64,000 bases of DNA from assembly GCA_041741375.1 (NCBI GenBank), contig JBGSKF010000095.1, positions 41-64,040 of the forward strand. The letters are read 5' to 3'. The position numbers were made by a program, and so were the translations under genes. This DNA comes from Gemmatimonadales bacterium. GTDB lineage: Bacteria; Gemmatimonadota; Gemmatimonadetes; Gemmatimonadales; GWC2-71-9. Under the pieces are notes generated by a model, which worked only from the letters and a program-made list of their open reading frames with translations, searched no databases and was not told where the DNA came from. Every line of letters starts with the position of its first letter. Position 1 is the stretch's first letter. Below are positions 5,668-16,020 of this stretch, in pieces.

Positions 5668-8351
5668 TCGACCGACTTGAATCGGCCCTCGCCGACCGCT
5701 ACCGGATCGAGCGCGAGCTCGGCCAGGGTGGCATGGCCACGGTCTACCTCGCGGAAGACCTCAAGCACAAGCGCAAGGTGGCCATCAAGGTCCTCAAGCC
5801 CGAACTCGCCGCCGTGCTCGGCGCCGAGCGGTTCGTGCAGGAAATCACCACCACGGCCGCGCTCCAGCACCCCCACATCCTGCCGCTGTTCGATTCCGGC
5901 ACCGCCGACGGGTTCCTGTTCTATGTCATGCCCTATATCCAGGGCGAGACTCTGCGAAGCAAGTTGGACCGCGAAACCCAGCTCAGCGTTGAGGAGGCGG
6001 TCAAGATCACGGTCGAAGTGGCCGACGCCCTCGACTACGCTCACAGCCAGGGCGTGGTACACCGCGACATCAAACCCGAGAACATCCTGCTCCACAACGG
6101 CCGCCCGATGGTGGCGGATTTCGGCATCGCCCTGGCGGTGAGCGCCGCCGCCGGTGGCCGGATGACCGAGACGGGCCTCAGTCTCGGCACGCCGCATTAC
6201 ATGAGTCCCGAGCAGGCCACCGCGGAGAAGGAGATCACCGCCCGGAGCGATATCTACTCGCTGGGCAGCGTGCTCTACGAGATGCTCACCGGCAGTCCAC
6301 CACATGTGGGGGCATCGGCGCAGCAGATCATCATGAAGATCGTGACCGAGGAGGCCGCTTCCATCACTCGGCTCCGCCGGTCGGTGCCCCCCAATGTCGT
6401 GGCCGCCGTCGCCACCTCCCTGGAAAAGCTCCCCGCGGATCGCTTCGAGAGCGCCAAGGCATTTGCCGAGGCCCTGGCCCATCCCGAGTACCGCGGCACC
6501 ACGGCCCTTTCCCCCTCGACCCGGGGCGGTCGAAGGATGGCGCTCGCGGGATGGGGTGTGGCCGGCCTGCTCTTCGTCGCCCTCGCCTCAACCTGGTTCC
6601 GTCCCGCCCCGCCGGAACCCGCCACGCACCGCCTTTCCATCGCCCTGCCCGAAGACGCAGCCTACCAGCCGAACAACGGGGCGGAGCTCGCCGTCGCTCT
6701 CGACGGGAGCCGATTCGCCTACATCGGGGGTCCCTCGCTTCGCAATGCCTCCCTGGTGGTGCAGGAACGGGATCAGATCAGTGGCCGTGTTCTTCCCGGA
6801 GCTGGGGCCGCCATGTCACCCGCTTTCTCACCCGATGGACGGCGGATCGCCTTCCGCGACATGCGTCAGGGCACCCTGAACGTCCTTTCGCTCGATGGAT
6901 CCTCCCCTGTGACCCTGCTCGAGGCGGAAGGAGGCGGCGCCTTTGGAGTGGCCTGGTCCGATGACGGGCACATCTACTACCCCTCCCGGGAGGGAACGCG
7001 CGGCATTCTCTATCGCGTGCCCCAGGATGGCGGGGCGCCCGAACCGATCACGTCGGGTGACAGCACCCTGGGCACGGTCAGCCATATCATGCCCTTCCCC
7101 CTCCCCGGCGGGCGTGGTGTTCTCTACACCGATTGGCACGGTCCAACGCGTGCCAACGACAACTGGATCGTGGCGTGGGACGCCCGGACCCGGCGCACTG
7201 TCCGGATCATCCAGGGTCTCCAGGCCTGGTATCTGACGCCGGGGTTCCTCCTCGTCCTGCGACCCAACGGATCCGCCGTGGCGCTGCCGTTCGACACCCG
7301 GAGGCTCGTCGTCACCGGCCCCGAGACCATGGTACTCGACCAGATCGCAATCAGTACCGCCGGGACCGCCAATCTCGCCGTGTCGTCCACCGGTCTGCTG
7401 ATGTATCGCTCCGGTGCCGCCCAGGCGATCCAGCGGCTCGTGCGCCCCGTCCAGGTGGCCCGATCCGGGGAGGAACGGATCCTCGATCCGGAGTGGACCT
7501 ATACTCCGGGGTACAACGGGGGCCTCAGCCTTTCCCCGGATGACACCCGCCTCGCAGTCACCATCCATGGCGACCCGGTGGGGGACATCTGGATCAAGGA
7601 TGTGGTGCGCGGTCCCCTGACCCGGGTGACCTTCGGCAATTCGATCGTGTACCGGCCCGTCTGGATGCCGGACGGCGCCTCACTGAGCTACGTGTTCGAG
7701 GAGGGAGCGGCCAGCGGGGTTCTCCGGCGCCGAGCCGATGGCGGGGGAGAAGTGGATACGATCGTCACGTCACCCCGCACCATCGCGGAAGCGGTCTGGT
7801 CGGGGGATGGCTCCTGGCTGGTCTACCGGATCACGATCCCGAGCCGCGACATCCATGCCCTCCGGCCGGGAACCGACACCGCCGGCATCCCGGTGGTGGC
7901 GACCCCCGATTTCGACGAACGGGCGCCGACTCTCTCGCCCGATGGCCGGTGGCTGGCCTACCAGTCGGATGAGTCGGGGCGGGACGAGATCTACATCCGT
8001 CCCTTTCCCGATGTCGGGGCGGGCCGCCGCCAGGTCTCCGTGGCGGGAGGCGCGGAACCCCTGTGGGCTCACAGCGGTCGCGAGTTGTTCTACCGGTCTC
8101 CCGAGGGCCGGATGGTCGTGGTGCCGGTGTCCCCTTCCCCGACTCTCACAACAGGACGGGCGCAGCCCCTCTTCGCCGACACCGCCTATCTGCGCGCCCC
8201 CAGCTACCGCGGGTACGACGTCACGAGCGATGACCGGGCCTTCGTGATGTTGCGCATGCTCCCGGAGGACACGCGCCGGTCGTCGGGCCAGCTGATCCTG
8301 GTCGAAAACTGGTTCACCGAACTCCGCAGCCGCCTGCGGGGGCGACCCTGA
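5664..8351 (+). CDS. Ser/Thr protein kinase with TM segment and C-terminal TolB-like beta-propeller
   Basis: GQGGMATVY...VAIKVL (ATP site), HRDIKPENILL (catalytic loop), ADFGIA, SPEQ. Hydrophobic GWGVAGLLFVALAS. Many SPDGRR(I/L)A blades. 895 aa. Confidence 0.92.
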   Translation: MIDRLESALADRYRIERELGQGGMATVYLAEDLKHKRKVAIKVLKPELAAVLGAERFVQEITTTAALQHPHILPLFDSGTADGFLFYVMPYIQGETLRSKLDRETQLSVEEAVKITVEVADALDYAHSQGVVHRDIKPENILLHNGRPMVADFGIALAVSAAAGGRMTETGLSLGTPHYMSPEQATAEKEITARSDIYSLGSVLYEMLTGSPPHVGASAQQIIMKIVTEEAASITRLRRSVPPNVVAAVATSLEKLPADRFESAKAFAEALAHPEYRGTTALSPSTRGGRRMALAGWGVAGLLFVALASTWFRPAPPEPATHRLSIALPEDAAYQPNNGAELAVALDGSRFAYIGGPSLRNASLVVQERDQISGRVLPGAGAAMSPAFSPDGRRIAFRDMRQGTLNVLSLDGSSPVTLLEAEGGGAFGVAWSDDGHIYYPSREGTRGILYRVPQDGGAPEPITSGDSTLGTVSHIMPFPLPGGRGVLYTDWHGPTRANDNWIVAWDARTRRTVRIIQGLQAWYLTPGFLLVLRPNGSAVALPFDTRRLVVTGPETMVLDQIAISTAGTANLAVSSTGLLMYRSGAAQAIQRLVRPVQVARSGEERILDPEWTYTPGYNGGLSLSPDDTRLAVTIHGDPVGDIWIKDVVRGPLTRVTFGNSIVYRPVWMPDGASLSYVFEEGAASGVLRRRADGGGEVDTIVTSPRTIAEAVWSGDGSWLVYRITIPSRDIHALRPGTDTAGIPVVATPDFDERAPTLSPDGRWLAYQSDESGRDEIYIRPFPDVGAGRRQVSVAGGAEPLWAHSGRELFYRSPEGRMVVVPVSPSPTLTTGRAQPLFADTAYLRAPSYRGYDVTSDDRAFVMLRMLPEDTRRSSGQLILVENWFTELRSRLRGRP

Positions 8352-8410
8352 GGCCCGCCGTGCGACGTGCCGCCGTGTCGAACCTCGCGAAATTGACGGA
8401 GAGCCCATGC

Positions 8411-8510
8411 CCGTCATTCCCGCGCACACGGGAATCCATTTTCCTCCTGCAGCCCTCATGGCCATAAATCCCCGCTCCCCGATTTCGCGGGGACAAGCTT
8501 CGCGGGGGTG
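8411..8510. repeat. REP-like hairpin cluster
   Basis: CCGTCATTCCCGCGCACACGGGAATCCATT (8411-8440) is the near reverse complement of 11270-11298. It is followed by a TCCCCG/CGGGGA hairpin and a direct repeat TTCGCGGGG at 8484-8492 and 8499-8507. Confidence 0.55.
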
Positions 8511-8544
8511 ACGTTTGGCCGGAGATTCCTTAGGTTCCACTGAT

Positions 8545-8751
8545 ATGAGCCGCCCACGCCACGACTGGCCGATCCGGATCTTCCCCCTGGGCCAGGAGCC
8601 GAGGGATGATCTATCCGCCACGACCACCATCGAGGAGCGATTGGCGCTCGTGACAATGCTTTCGGAGCGCGGGTGGAGGCTCACGGGGAGGCCCTTTCCA
8701 GCGTATTCCCGCTCCACGATGCCGGGACAGGTCATCCGGCGGCATGAATGA
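8545..8751 (+). CDS. Hypothetical small protein upstream of a nucleotidyltransferase-fold gene
   Basis: ATG 8545 in ORF 8515..8751. Coding-like GC3. Overlaps the next start by 8 nt (ATGAATGA). No recognisable motif. Confidence 0.45.
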   Translation: MSRPRHDWPIRIFPLGQEPRDDLSATTTIEERLALVTMLSERGWRLTGRPFPAYSRSTMPGQVIRRHE

Positions 8752-9204
8752 CGACTGGCGGGATCTGCTGTCCGGCTTCCGCGCTGTGGAGGCACGGTTT
8801 CTGATCATCGGTGCCCATGCCATGGCGGTGCACGGAGTCCCTCGCGGGACGCAGGACATCGACATCTGGATTGAGCCCACCGAGGAGAACGCCCAACTGA
8901 TCTGGGCGGCCCTCTCCCGGTTCGGTGCTCCTCTGGTAGACCTTGGAATCTCGCGCGAGGACCTGCGTTCCCCGGAGAAGGTGATTCAATTGGGGTTGCC
9001 ACCCCACCGCATCGATCTCCTGTCCAGCGTCTCCGGCTCCCGGATTTCGCGGAAGCCTGGGCCCACAGGGTCGAATGCGATTTCGAAGGGGTCTCCGTCG
9101 CTTTTCTGGGACGCCAGGAGCTGATCCGGAGCAAACGGGCGGCGGGCAGACTCAAGGACCTGAGCGATCTCGAGGCCCTCGGGGAACTGCCACCCGACCG
9201 GTAA
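8744..9204 (+). pseudogene. Nucleotidyltransferase-fold protein, apparent frameshift near 9038-9040
   Basis: N-terminal 98 codons: FLIIGAHAMAVHGVPRGTQDIDIWIEP...IDLLSSVSG. The expected C-terminus PDFAEAWAHRVECDFEGVSVAFLGRQELIRSKRAAGRLKDLSDLEALGELPPDR* is in another frame and ends at TAA 9202-9204. Confidence 0.65.
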
Positions 9205-9264
9205 CCCCCGTCACCAGAGTGTGACGTGGAAAGGTTCCAGGGTACAGGAAGCTCGAAGTGTGAA

Positions 9265-9305
9265 CACCTCCTTCAAACTTCGAACTTCCGCCTTCAAGCT
9301 TCCTC
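9265..9305. repeat. TTCACACTTC-type dispersed repeat, copy 2
   Basis: See 2672..2712. Preceded by GAAGTGTGAA (9256-9265), the reverse complement of the decamer. Confidence 0.5.
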
Positions 9306-9308
9306 CAT

Positions 9309-9336
9309 TGTTCATTGTTCATTGATCGTTATTCTT
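9309..9336. repeat. Tandem heptamer array (TGNTCAN), 3-4 units
   Basis: TGTTCAT TGTTCAT TGATCGT TATTCTT, ending 7 nt before the aroG start. Confidence 0.6.
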
Positions 9337-9342
9337 TCCTGA

Positions 9343-10458
<1,116 letters not shown>

Positions 10459-10521
10459 AGGTGCGGGACTCCGGGTGCGTCACTGATCACTGATCACTGA
10501 TTATTGTTCACTGTTCATGGC

Positions 10522-10556
10522 TTGGCATTGTGACCACCAATAGCCATCTTATGCCC
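10522..10556 (+). promoter_or_regulatory. Putative promoter for a leaderless phd transcript
   Basis: TTGGCA 10522-10527, 17-nt spacer, CATCTT 10545-10550, 6 nt, ATG 10557. Imperfect inverted repeat ATGGCTTGG / CCAATAGCCAT spans it. Confidence 0.4.
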
Positions 10557-10817
10557 ATGATGAAGCACCGGAAAACCGTCGGGGTCGCCGAGCTCAAGGC
10601 CCGCTTGAGTGCCTACCTTCGGGAGGCGCGGCGGGGGCGCTCGGTCACCATCTGCGACCGCGACACCCCGGTGGCCCGGCTGGTCCCCGTGGATCCTTCC
10701 ACACCCCTCATCGTGCGTGCCCGATCCTCGGCGTTTCCCTCCCTCCAGGCCGTGCCGCTGCCGCCTCCGCTCCGGCGCGGGGTGGATGCCGTGGCTCTGT
10801 TGCTCGAGGAGCGTTAG
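10557..10817 (+). CDS. Phd/YefM-family antitoxin
   Basis: MMKHRKTVGVAELKARLSAYLREARRGRSVTICDRDTPVARLVPV. The ORF is open from GTG 10530. ATG 10557 is preferred because of the promoter geometry. Confidence 0.75.
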   Translation: MMKHRKTVGVAELKARLSAYLREARRGRSVTICDRDTPVARLVPVDPSTPLIVRARSSAFPSLQAVPLPPPLRRGVDAVALLLEER

Positions 10818-11106
10818 CACCTGCTCGGTCAACCGGGGCGGCTCGCGGAGTGGGCCCATATCGAGGCGGGAGTGGCGAGCCGCCTGGTTGAGGTGGAATG
10901 CCTCCGCGTGCTCGACCGTCACCCCCGCCATCCTCGGCGCCGCATCCCAGCCACTGCCCACCGTCCTTGGGACCCTGGACGCGATTCACCTGGCCACCGC
11001 GGTGCTCTGGCGCGAATCCCGGGACCCCGGCCTGGTCATCGCCACCCACGACCGAGCCTTCGCCCTCGCCGCTCGAGCATCGGGGTTCCGCGTCATCGGC
11101 GTCTGA
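10818..11106 (+). pseudogene. Decayed PIN/VapC toxin (N-terminus missing, internal frame change near 10915-10925)
   Basis: Continues in the antitoxin frame right after its TAG: ...ASRLVEVECLRVLDR. It then switches frame to PAILGAASQPLPTVLGTLDAIHLATAVLWRESRDPGLVIATHDRAFALAARASGFRVIGV (PIN C-terminal half). No start codon and no first acidic motif. Confidence 0.55.
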
Positions 11107-11269
11107 CACCGGTGGTGCTGGCCCACTCACGGCAGAGGCGCGAGGGGGAATGGCCACAAGAGGCACAGAAGTCACAAGAGGCACGCCCCTCTGCGCGGAG
11201 AGGCCCACCAAGGGGAGGGAGAGGTGCTCCGGCTGGTCAGGAACCCATGCCAATGCCTGAGGAGTCACA

Positions 11270-11424
11270 AATGGATTCCCGCGTGCGCGGGGATGAACAG
11301 ATGGACCCCGGCGTTGGCCGGGGTGACGCTCCGTGAGGGTGAGGAACTCCGAGTACGTCGCTGACCAATGACCAATGACCAATGACCAATGATCAATGAT
11401 CATTGGTCACTGTTCATTGATTCA
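11270..11424. repeat. Composite repeat: two REP-like hairpin units plus 9-unit heptamer array
   Basis: AATGGATTCCCGCGTGCGCGGGGATGAAC + CAGATGGACCCCGGCGTTGGCCGGGGTGACGCTCCGTGA..., then TGACCAA x4, TGATCAA, TGATCAT, TGGTCAC, TGTTCAT, TGATTCA (11362-11424). The last unit contains the stop of the convergent gene. Confidence 0.75.
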
Positions 11425-12645
11425 GTCTTTCTCCATCTTCCAGAAGGCGATGCCACCCGTCTGCAGTCCCACCTCCACCGACCCCACCCGGGTCAGCGTC
11501 TGGAGGTCATACACATCGACCTTGCCGGGAGCCGCTCCCACACCCTCGTTGCTGACGAAAGCGTATCGCGAATCGGGGCTCGCCACCACGCCGTGGGTCA
11601 CGGTGGCGGAGCTCTTGAGCTGCGCCAGGCTCCGGCCGTTTCGGAGATCGAAGACCTCGAAGCCCCCGCCCTGCTTGAGGGTGACCAGCAACAACCGGCC
11701 GTCGGGAGTGGTGGTGATGTTGTACGGCCCCCGGCCGGTGGCAAACCGGCGCGTGATCGTCCAACTCGCGAAGTCCACTTCGACGATCTCATCGGCCTTG
11801 TTGCAGGCCACATAGATCTTGTCGCCGGTGACGGAGGGCTGAGCCCAGGTGGGCGAGCAACTGTTGGGCTCCATCCGGTGCCGCTCCCCCTGGTAGCCGA
11901 CGTCGGCGGGATCGACCACCGGGGCCACCCGTGGTGAAGCCGGGGCGGCGGCGTGGTCCCCATGCTGAGCCATCGCTCCCGTCGCACCCGCGTCGAGGGG
12001 ACCCTCCCGGCCCACCGCCAGTGAAAACCGGCGCGACACCTCGAAGCGCCGGGTATCGATCTCGACCAGCTGGTCGTCCATCATGCAGCCGGAGTAGTGC
12101 CAACGCCCGTCGGGGCTGATCCGGCTTCCGTGCGGCATGGTGCAGGTAATGATGCGGGTGACCTCGGTGCCCGTCGGGGTATAGACCACCGAGTGCGAGG
12201 AGGGCACCATGTCGCCATGGAGATTGAAGTTCGCGGCGATGGCGTAGAGTCCGTCCGGCGACACGTCGATCGACGCCGGGAAGTTGCCCAGCAACGTTCC
12301 GGTTCCGATCAGCGTGTCGGGTCCCAGGTGATACCGCCAGTATTTGCCATCGGGAAAGCCGTGGCCGGTGGTCAGATGGAGCGTCTGTCCGTCCCGCGAG
12401 ATCGCCAGACCATGGGGCCCCTCCATCTCGGCGGCCAATTCCCCGACCGGAATGGTCTTCTCCACGCTCGCCCCCTCCGGCCCGAACCGGATCCGGTGAA
12501 TCAGGTCACTCGACTCGGCTCCGACGTACACCCAGTAGGTGGCCCGTGGGCTCGGGGACTGGGCGGAGGCCACCGTGGAACCGCCGCCGAGGAGGAGGAG
12601 ACAGAGGCCGATGGTCTTGCGTGGAGAGGGAGGTCGCGGCATCAT
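11422..12645 (-). CDS. Secreted YncE/YVTN-like beta-propeller protein
   Basis: ATG 12645 (M51 of ORF 11422..12795) gives the signal peptide MMPRPPSPRKTIGLCLLLLGGGSTVASA. Repeats of PHG(L/S)xxSPDG and VSPDGLYA / TTTPDGRLLLVT / ASPDSRYAFVSN are typical of YVTN propellers. Confidence 0.8.
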   Translation of the reverse strand: MMPRPPSPRKTIGLCLLLLGGGSTVASAQSPSPRATYWVYVGAESSDLIHRIRFGPEGASVEKTIPVGELAAEMEGPHGLAISRDGQTLHLTTGHGFPDGKYWRYHLGPDTLIGTGTLLGNFPASIDVSPDGLYAIAANFNLHGDMVPSSHSVVYTPTGTEVTRIITCTMPHGSRISPDGRWHYSGCMMDDQLVEIDTRRFEVSRRFSLAVGREGPLDAGATGAMAQHGDHAAAPASPRVAPVVDPADVGYQGERHRMEPNSCSPTWAQPSVTGDKIYVACNKADEIVEVDFASWTITRRFATGRGPYNITTTPDGRLLLVTLKQGGGFEVFDLRNGRSLAQLKSSATVTHGVVASPDSRYAFVSNEGVGAAPGKVDVYDLQTLTRVGSVEVGLQTGGIAFWKMEKD

Positions 12646-12734
12646 TGTTGAGCCATCCAGATACAGTGTGGCTGTCGCGGAACCGGGTGCGCCGGTTTTG
12701 CCGTGGCGCCAGACCCGTTCCCAGGGCCCATCCC

Positions 12735-14759
12735 ATGAAGCTAATTCGAAATTCGATTCGTGCCATGTCCCTGCTTTCCCTCTGGGCGATGGCACTTCCC
12801 CTCGCCGCCCAGGACCCGGTGCCGGTGGCTCGGCTGGTGGCGGAACCGGCCGCGATCAGCCTCCAGGCCGGGACCGCCGCCCCGCTGCGGATCCGGGCCT
12901 TCGCCGCCAACGGCCAGGAAATCACCACTCCCGAGCTCCGCGTGTTCGGGGCCCGCCGGGCGGTCGCCTGGAGTGACGGAGAAGTTCGAGCGTTCTCGGC
13001 GGGGTCCCATACCCTCACGGCCACCGCTGCGGGGGCCGGAGGAACTCCGGTGCAGTTGGAAATTCCGGTCACGGTGACGTGGCCTCCGTTGGCCTCCCTG
13101 GACATCGCGGCCCCCGAGGGCCGGCTCTACACCGGGGTGACCCTGGCCCATTCCGTCCGCGGCGCCCACGCCGATGGCAGTCCGCGGCCCGGGCTCGACC
13201 CGGTCTGGAGGAGTTCCAACGAACAGGTCGCCTCGGTGGACCGCTTCGGCAACGTGCGGGGACTGCGGGCGGGAACCGCCACCATCACGGCCTCCGTGGA
13301 GGGACGAACCGCGACGATCACCCACACCGTGGCGGCCAATCCCGTCACCTCCCTGGAGCTCGACCTCGGTCGCGATGTCCTGAGCACCGGCGATGTCGTT
13401 CCCCTCAAGGCCACGGCGAAGCGGGCCGACGGATCGGTCGTGGACGACATCCCGCTCACCTGGAGCTACACCTACACTCCCGACGACTCCCTCGTCAACA
13501 ATGGGATCCCGGGTGGCGCCGGCATCATCCAGTTCGGACGGTTCACCGGTAATCACCCCGGACGCTACACCCTGATGGCCCGCGCCGGGAACCAGTTCGC
13601 CGAAACCACCGTCCAGGTGGTGCGCCGCGACGTCCGGCGGCGGATCGAGGTGACCAGCCGCGGATCGATCACCAACAGCCACACCTCCGATCTCTGGCCC
13701 TGGACCGGAGCCGACGGCCGCGACTACGCCCTGGTGGGCACCTGGGGCGCCGACGGTTACGCCTTCGTGTTCGACATCACCGACCTCGGCAACATTGTCA
13801 AGACCGATTCGATTCGCATCGATGCCCGCACCATCAATGACGTGACCGTGAGCCCCGATGGCCGCTACGGTGCCCTGTCCCGCGAGGGTGCCTCGAACCG
13901 GGTGAACGGCGTGGTGCTCCTCGACCTGTCCACCCCCGCTCACCCCACGATCGCCTCGACCTTCGATCAGGAGCTGACCGGGGGGGTGCACAACATGTTC
14001 GCCACCAACGATCACCTCTTCGCGGTGTCCGGGGGCGCCAAGTACGTGATCGTGGACGTGAAGGACATCTACAAGCCCCGCTATGTGAGCGAGTACCGCC
14101 ACCCCAATGCACGCCTGCACGATCTCTGGGTGCGGGACGGCATCGCCTATTCCGCCCAGGGGGGCGCCGGCACCGTCGTGGTCGATGTCGGCAACGGCAC
14201 GTACGGCGGCACGATCGAGAACCCGAAGTTGATCACCGTGTACGAGGTCAACAGTGGTCACGAGATCTACCCGTACCACCAGGAATCGTCGGGCCGGACC
14301 TATCTCTTCATCGGCGACGAGGAGATGAACCGGGCGGGCCGGGTGTGGGAGGGCACCAACTATCGCGGCGAAATGACCACCCCGGGGGGCATTCCGCAGA
14401 CCTCGGGCGGCTACGTCCACATCGTCGATTTCACCGACCCCGCCCATCCCCTGCCGGTCGGTCGTTACCACCTGGAGGACTTCGGAGCCCACGACATCAT
14501 CGTGGAGGACGACGTGCTCTATCACGCCTACTACGAGGGCGGAGTCCGGCTGGTGGACGTCTCGGGCGAGTTGCTCGGCAATCTGGCCGATCAGAATCGC
14601 GAGATCGCCGTCTTCAAGCCCTACGATCCCAAGGGATTCACGCCCAACGCCTCCTTTGTGATGAATGCGATGCCGTGGAAGGGTCACGTGCTGTTCACCG
14701 ACTTCAACAGCGGGCTCTGGGCCGCACGACTGCAACCCAGGCAGACCTTGACCCCCTGA
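12735..14759 (+). CDS. Secreted protein with Ig-like (Big_2-type) domains and LVIVD-repeat beta-propeller
   Basis: ATG 12735 gives the signal MKLIRNSIRAMSLLSLWAMALPLAAQ. Three Ig-like segments (..GTATITASVEGRTATITHTV). Then YAFVFDITD, GVVLLDLS, KYVIVDVKD, GTVVVDVGN, YVHIVDFTD, GVRLVDVSG = LVIVD repeats. Confidence 0.8.
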   Translation: MKLIRNSIRAMSLLSLWAMALPLAAQDPVPVARLVAEPAAISLQAGTAAPLRIRAFAANGQEITTPELRVFGARRAVAWSDGEVRAFSAGSHTLTATAAGAGGTPVQLEIPVTVTWPPLASLDIAAPEGRLYTGVTLAHSVRGAHADGSPRPGLDPVWRSSNEQVASVDRFGNVRGLRAGTATITASVEGRTATITHTVAANPVTSLELDLGRDVLSTGDVVPLKATAKRADGSVVDDIPLTWSYTYTPDDSLVNNGIPGGAGIIQFGRFTGNHPGRYTLMARAGNQFAETTVQVVRRDVRRRIEVTSRGSITNSHTSDLWPWTGADGRDYALVGTWGADGYAFVFDITDLGNIVKTDSIRIDARTINDVTVSPDGRYGALSREGASNRVNGVVLLDLSTPAHPTIASTFDQELTGGVHNMFATNDHLFAVSGGAKYVIVDVKDIYKPRYVSEYRHPNARLHDLWVRDGIAYSAQGGAGTVVVDVGNGTYGGTIENPKLITVYEVNSGHEIYPYHQESSGRTYLFIGDEEMNRAGRVWEGTNYRGEMTTPGGIPQTSGGYVHIVDFTDPAHPLPVGRYHLEDFGAHDIIVEDDVLYHAYYEGGVRLVDVSGELLGNLADQNREIAVFKPYDPKGFTPNASFVMNAMPWKGHVLFTDFNSGLWAARLQPRQTLTP

Positions 14760-14853
14760 CCCGGCCGTTCGCCCTTCGACACCCGCGCCCGGCAGATGCT
14801 CTCTGTCGGGCGCCGGTGCATGGCCCGCCCTCCTCCACTGGAATCATGACCCC

Positions 14854-16020
14854 ATGACGCGACGCTCCCTTTCGCTCTCGCTTGCCCTGCTGGCCTCGGT
14901 TTCCACTCTCCCGGCGCAGGATCGCTCCTTTCCGCCTCGCGGCTCGTGGGAGCACCGCGCCCCCGCCGAGCTCGGGCTCGACGCCGCGGCACTCGACTCG
15001 GCACGCGCCTTCGCCATCCGCAGCGAGTCCCGCGCCCCCCGCGATCAGGCGCTCGGCCAGCAGCAGTCGTTCGGGCGGCGGGAACCGATGGCCGACATCA
15101 TCGGCCGAATGAAGGACCGGGGGGATCCCAGCGGTCTGGTGATTTACCGCGGCACCGTGGTGGCCGAGTGGGGACCGGTGGACCGGGTCGACATGACCCA
15201 CAGCGTCACCAAGACCTTTCTCTCCACGGTGGTGGGGATCGCCTGGCGTGACGGGCTCATCCGGAGCGTCACCGATTCCGTGCGACCCTACATGCCCCCC
15301 GGAGTCGACCTCTTCGACGCTCCCCACAACCAGGGCATCACCTGGGACCACATGCTCCGGCAATCCAGCGACTGGCAGGGCACCCTCTGGGACAAGCCCG
15401 ATTGGGCCGACCGTCCCGAGGGGACCCGCGAGGAGTGGGAAAATCGGAAGCTCTCCGAGCCCGGCACCCGCTACAAGTACAACGACGTCCGGGTGAACGC
15501 GCTCGCCCTGGCCACCCTCCAGGTGCTCCGACGCCCTCTTCCCGCCGTGCTCCGGGACGAGGTCATGAACCCCATCGGGGCCTCCAGCACCTGGCGCTGG
15601 GAGGGGTATGAGAATTCCTGGGTCGAGATCGACGGGCTCCGGGTCCAGTCGGTGTCGGGCGGAGGGCACTGGGGAGGGGGGATGTTCATCAACGCGTGGG
15701 ACATGGCCCGTCTCGGCTATCTCTACCTGCGGAACGGCCGTTGGAACGACCGCCAGATCGTCCCCCTCGAGTGGATCACCATGGCAAGTACCCCGGGACC
15801 GGCCAATCCGGGGTACGGATACATGAACTGGTTCCTCAACACCGGTCAGAAGATGCTTCCTTCCGCACCGGAGCGGGCCGTCGCCTTCCTCGGCAACGGC
15901 ACCAACGCGATCTACGTGGACTGGGACAATGACCTCGTCATCGTCGTGCGGTGGCTCGGAGGGGGCAATCCTGCGCTCGATGGTGTGGTGAGCCGGGTGC
16001 TGGCCGCCCTGCCGAAGTAG
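14854..16020 (+). CDS. Serine hydrolase, beta-lactamase/PBP4-like family
   Basis: Signal peptide MTRRSLSLSLALLASVSTLPAQD. S-x-x-K motif in MTHSVTKTFLST. YKYNDVRVN (Y-x-N). Confidence 0.85.
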   Translation: MTRRSLSLSLALLASVSTLPAQDRSFPPRGSWEHRAPAELGLDAAALDSARAFAIRSESRAPRDQALGQQQSFGRREPMADIIGRMKDRGDPSGLVIYRGTVVAEWGPVDRVDMTHSVTKTFLSTVVGIAWRDGLIRSVTDSVRPYMPPGVDLFDAPHNQGITWDHMLRQSSDWQGTLWDKPDWADRPEGTREEWENRKLSEPGTRYKYNDVRVNALALATLQVLRRPLPAVLRDEVMNPIGASSTWRWEGYENSWVEIDGLRVQSVSGGGHWGGGMFINAWDMARLGYLYLRNGRWNDRQIVPLEWITMASTPGPANPGYGYMNWFLNTGQKMLPSAPERAVAFLGNGTNAIYVDWDNDLVIVVRWLGGGNPALDGVVSRVLAALPK

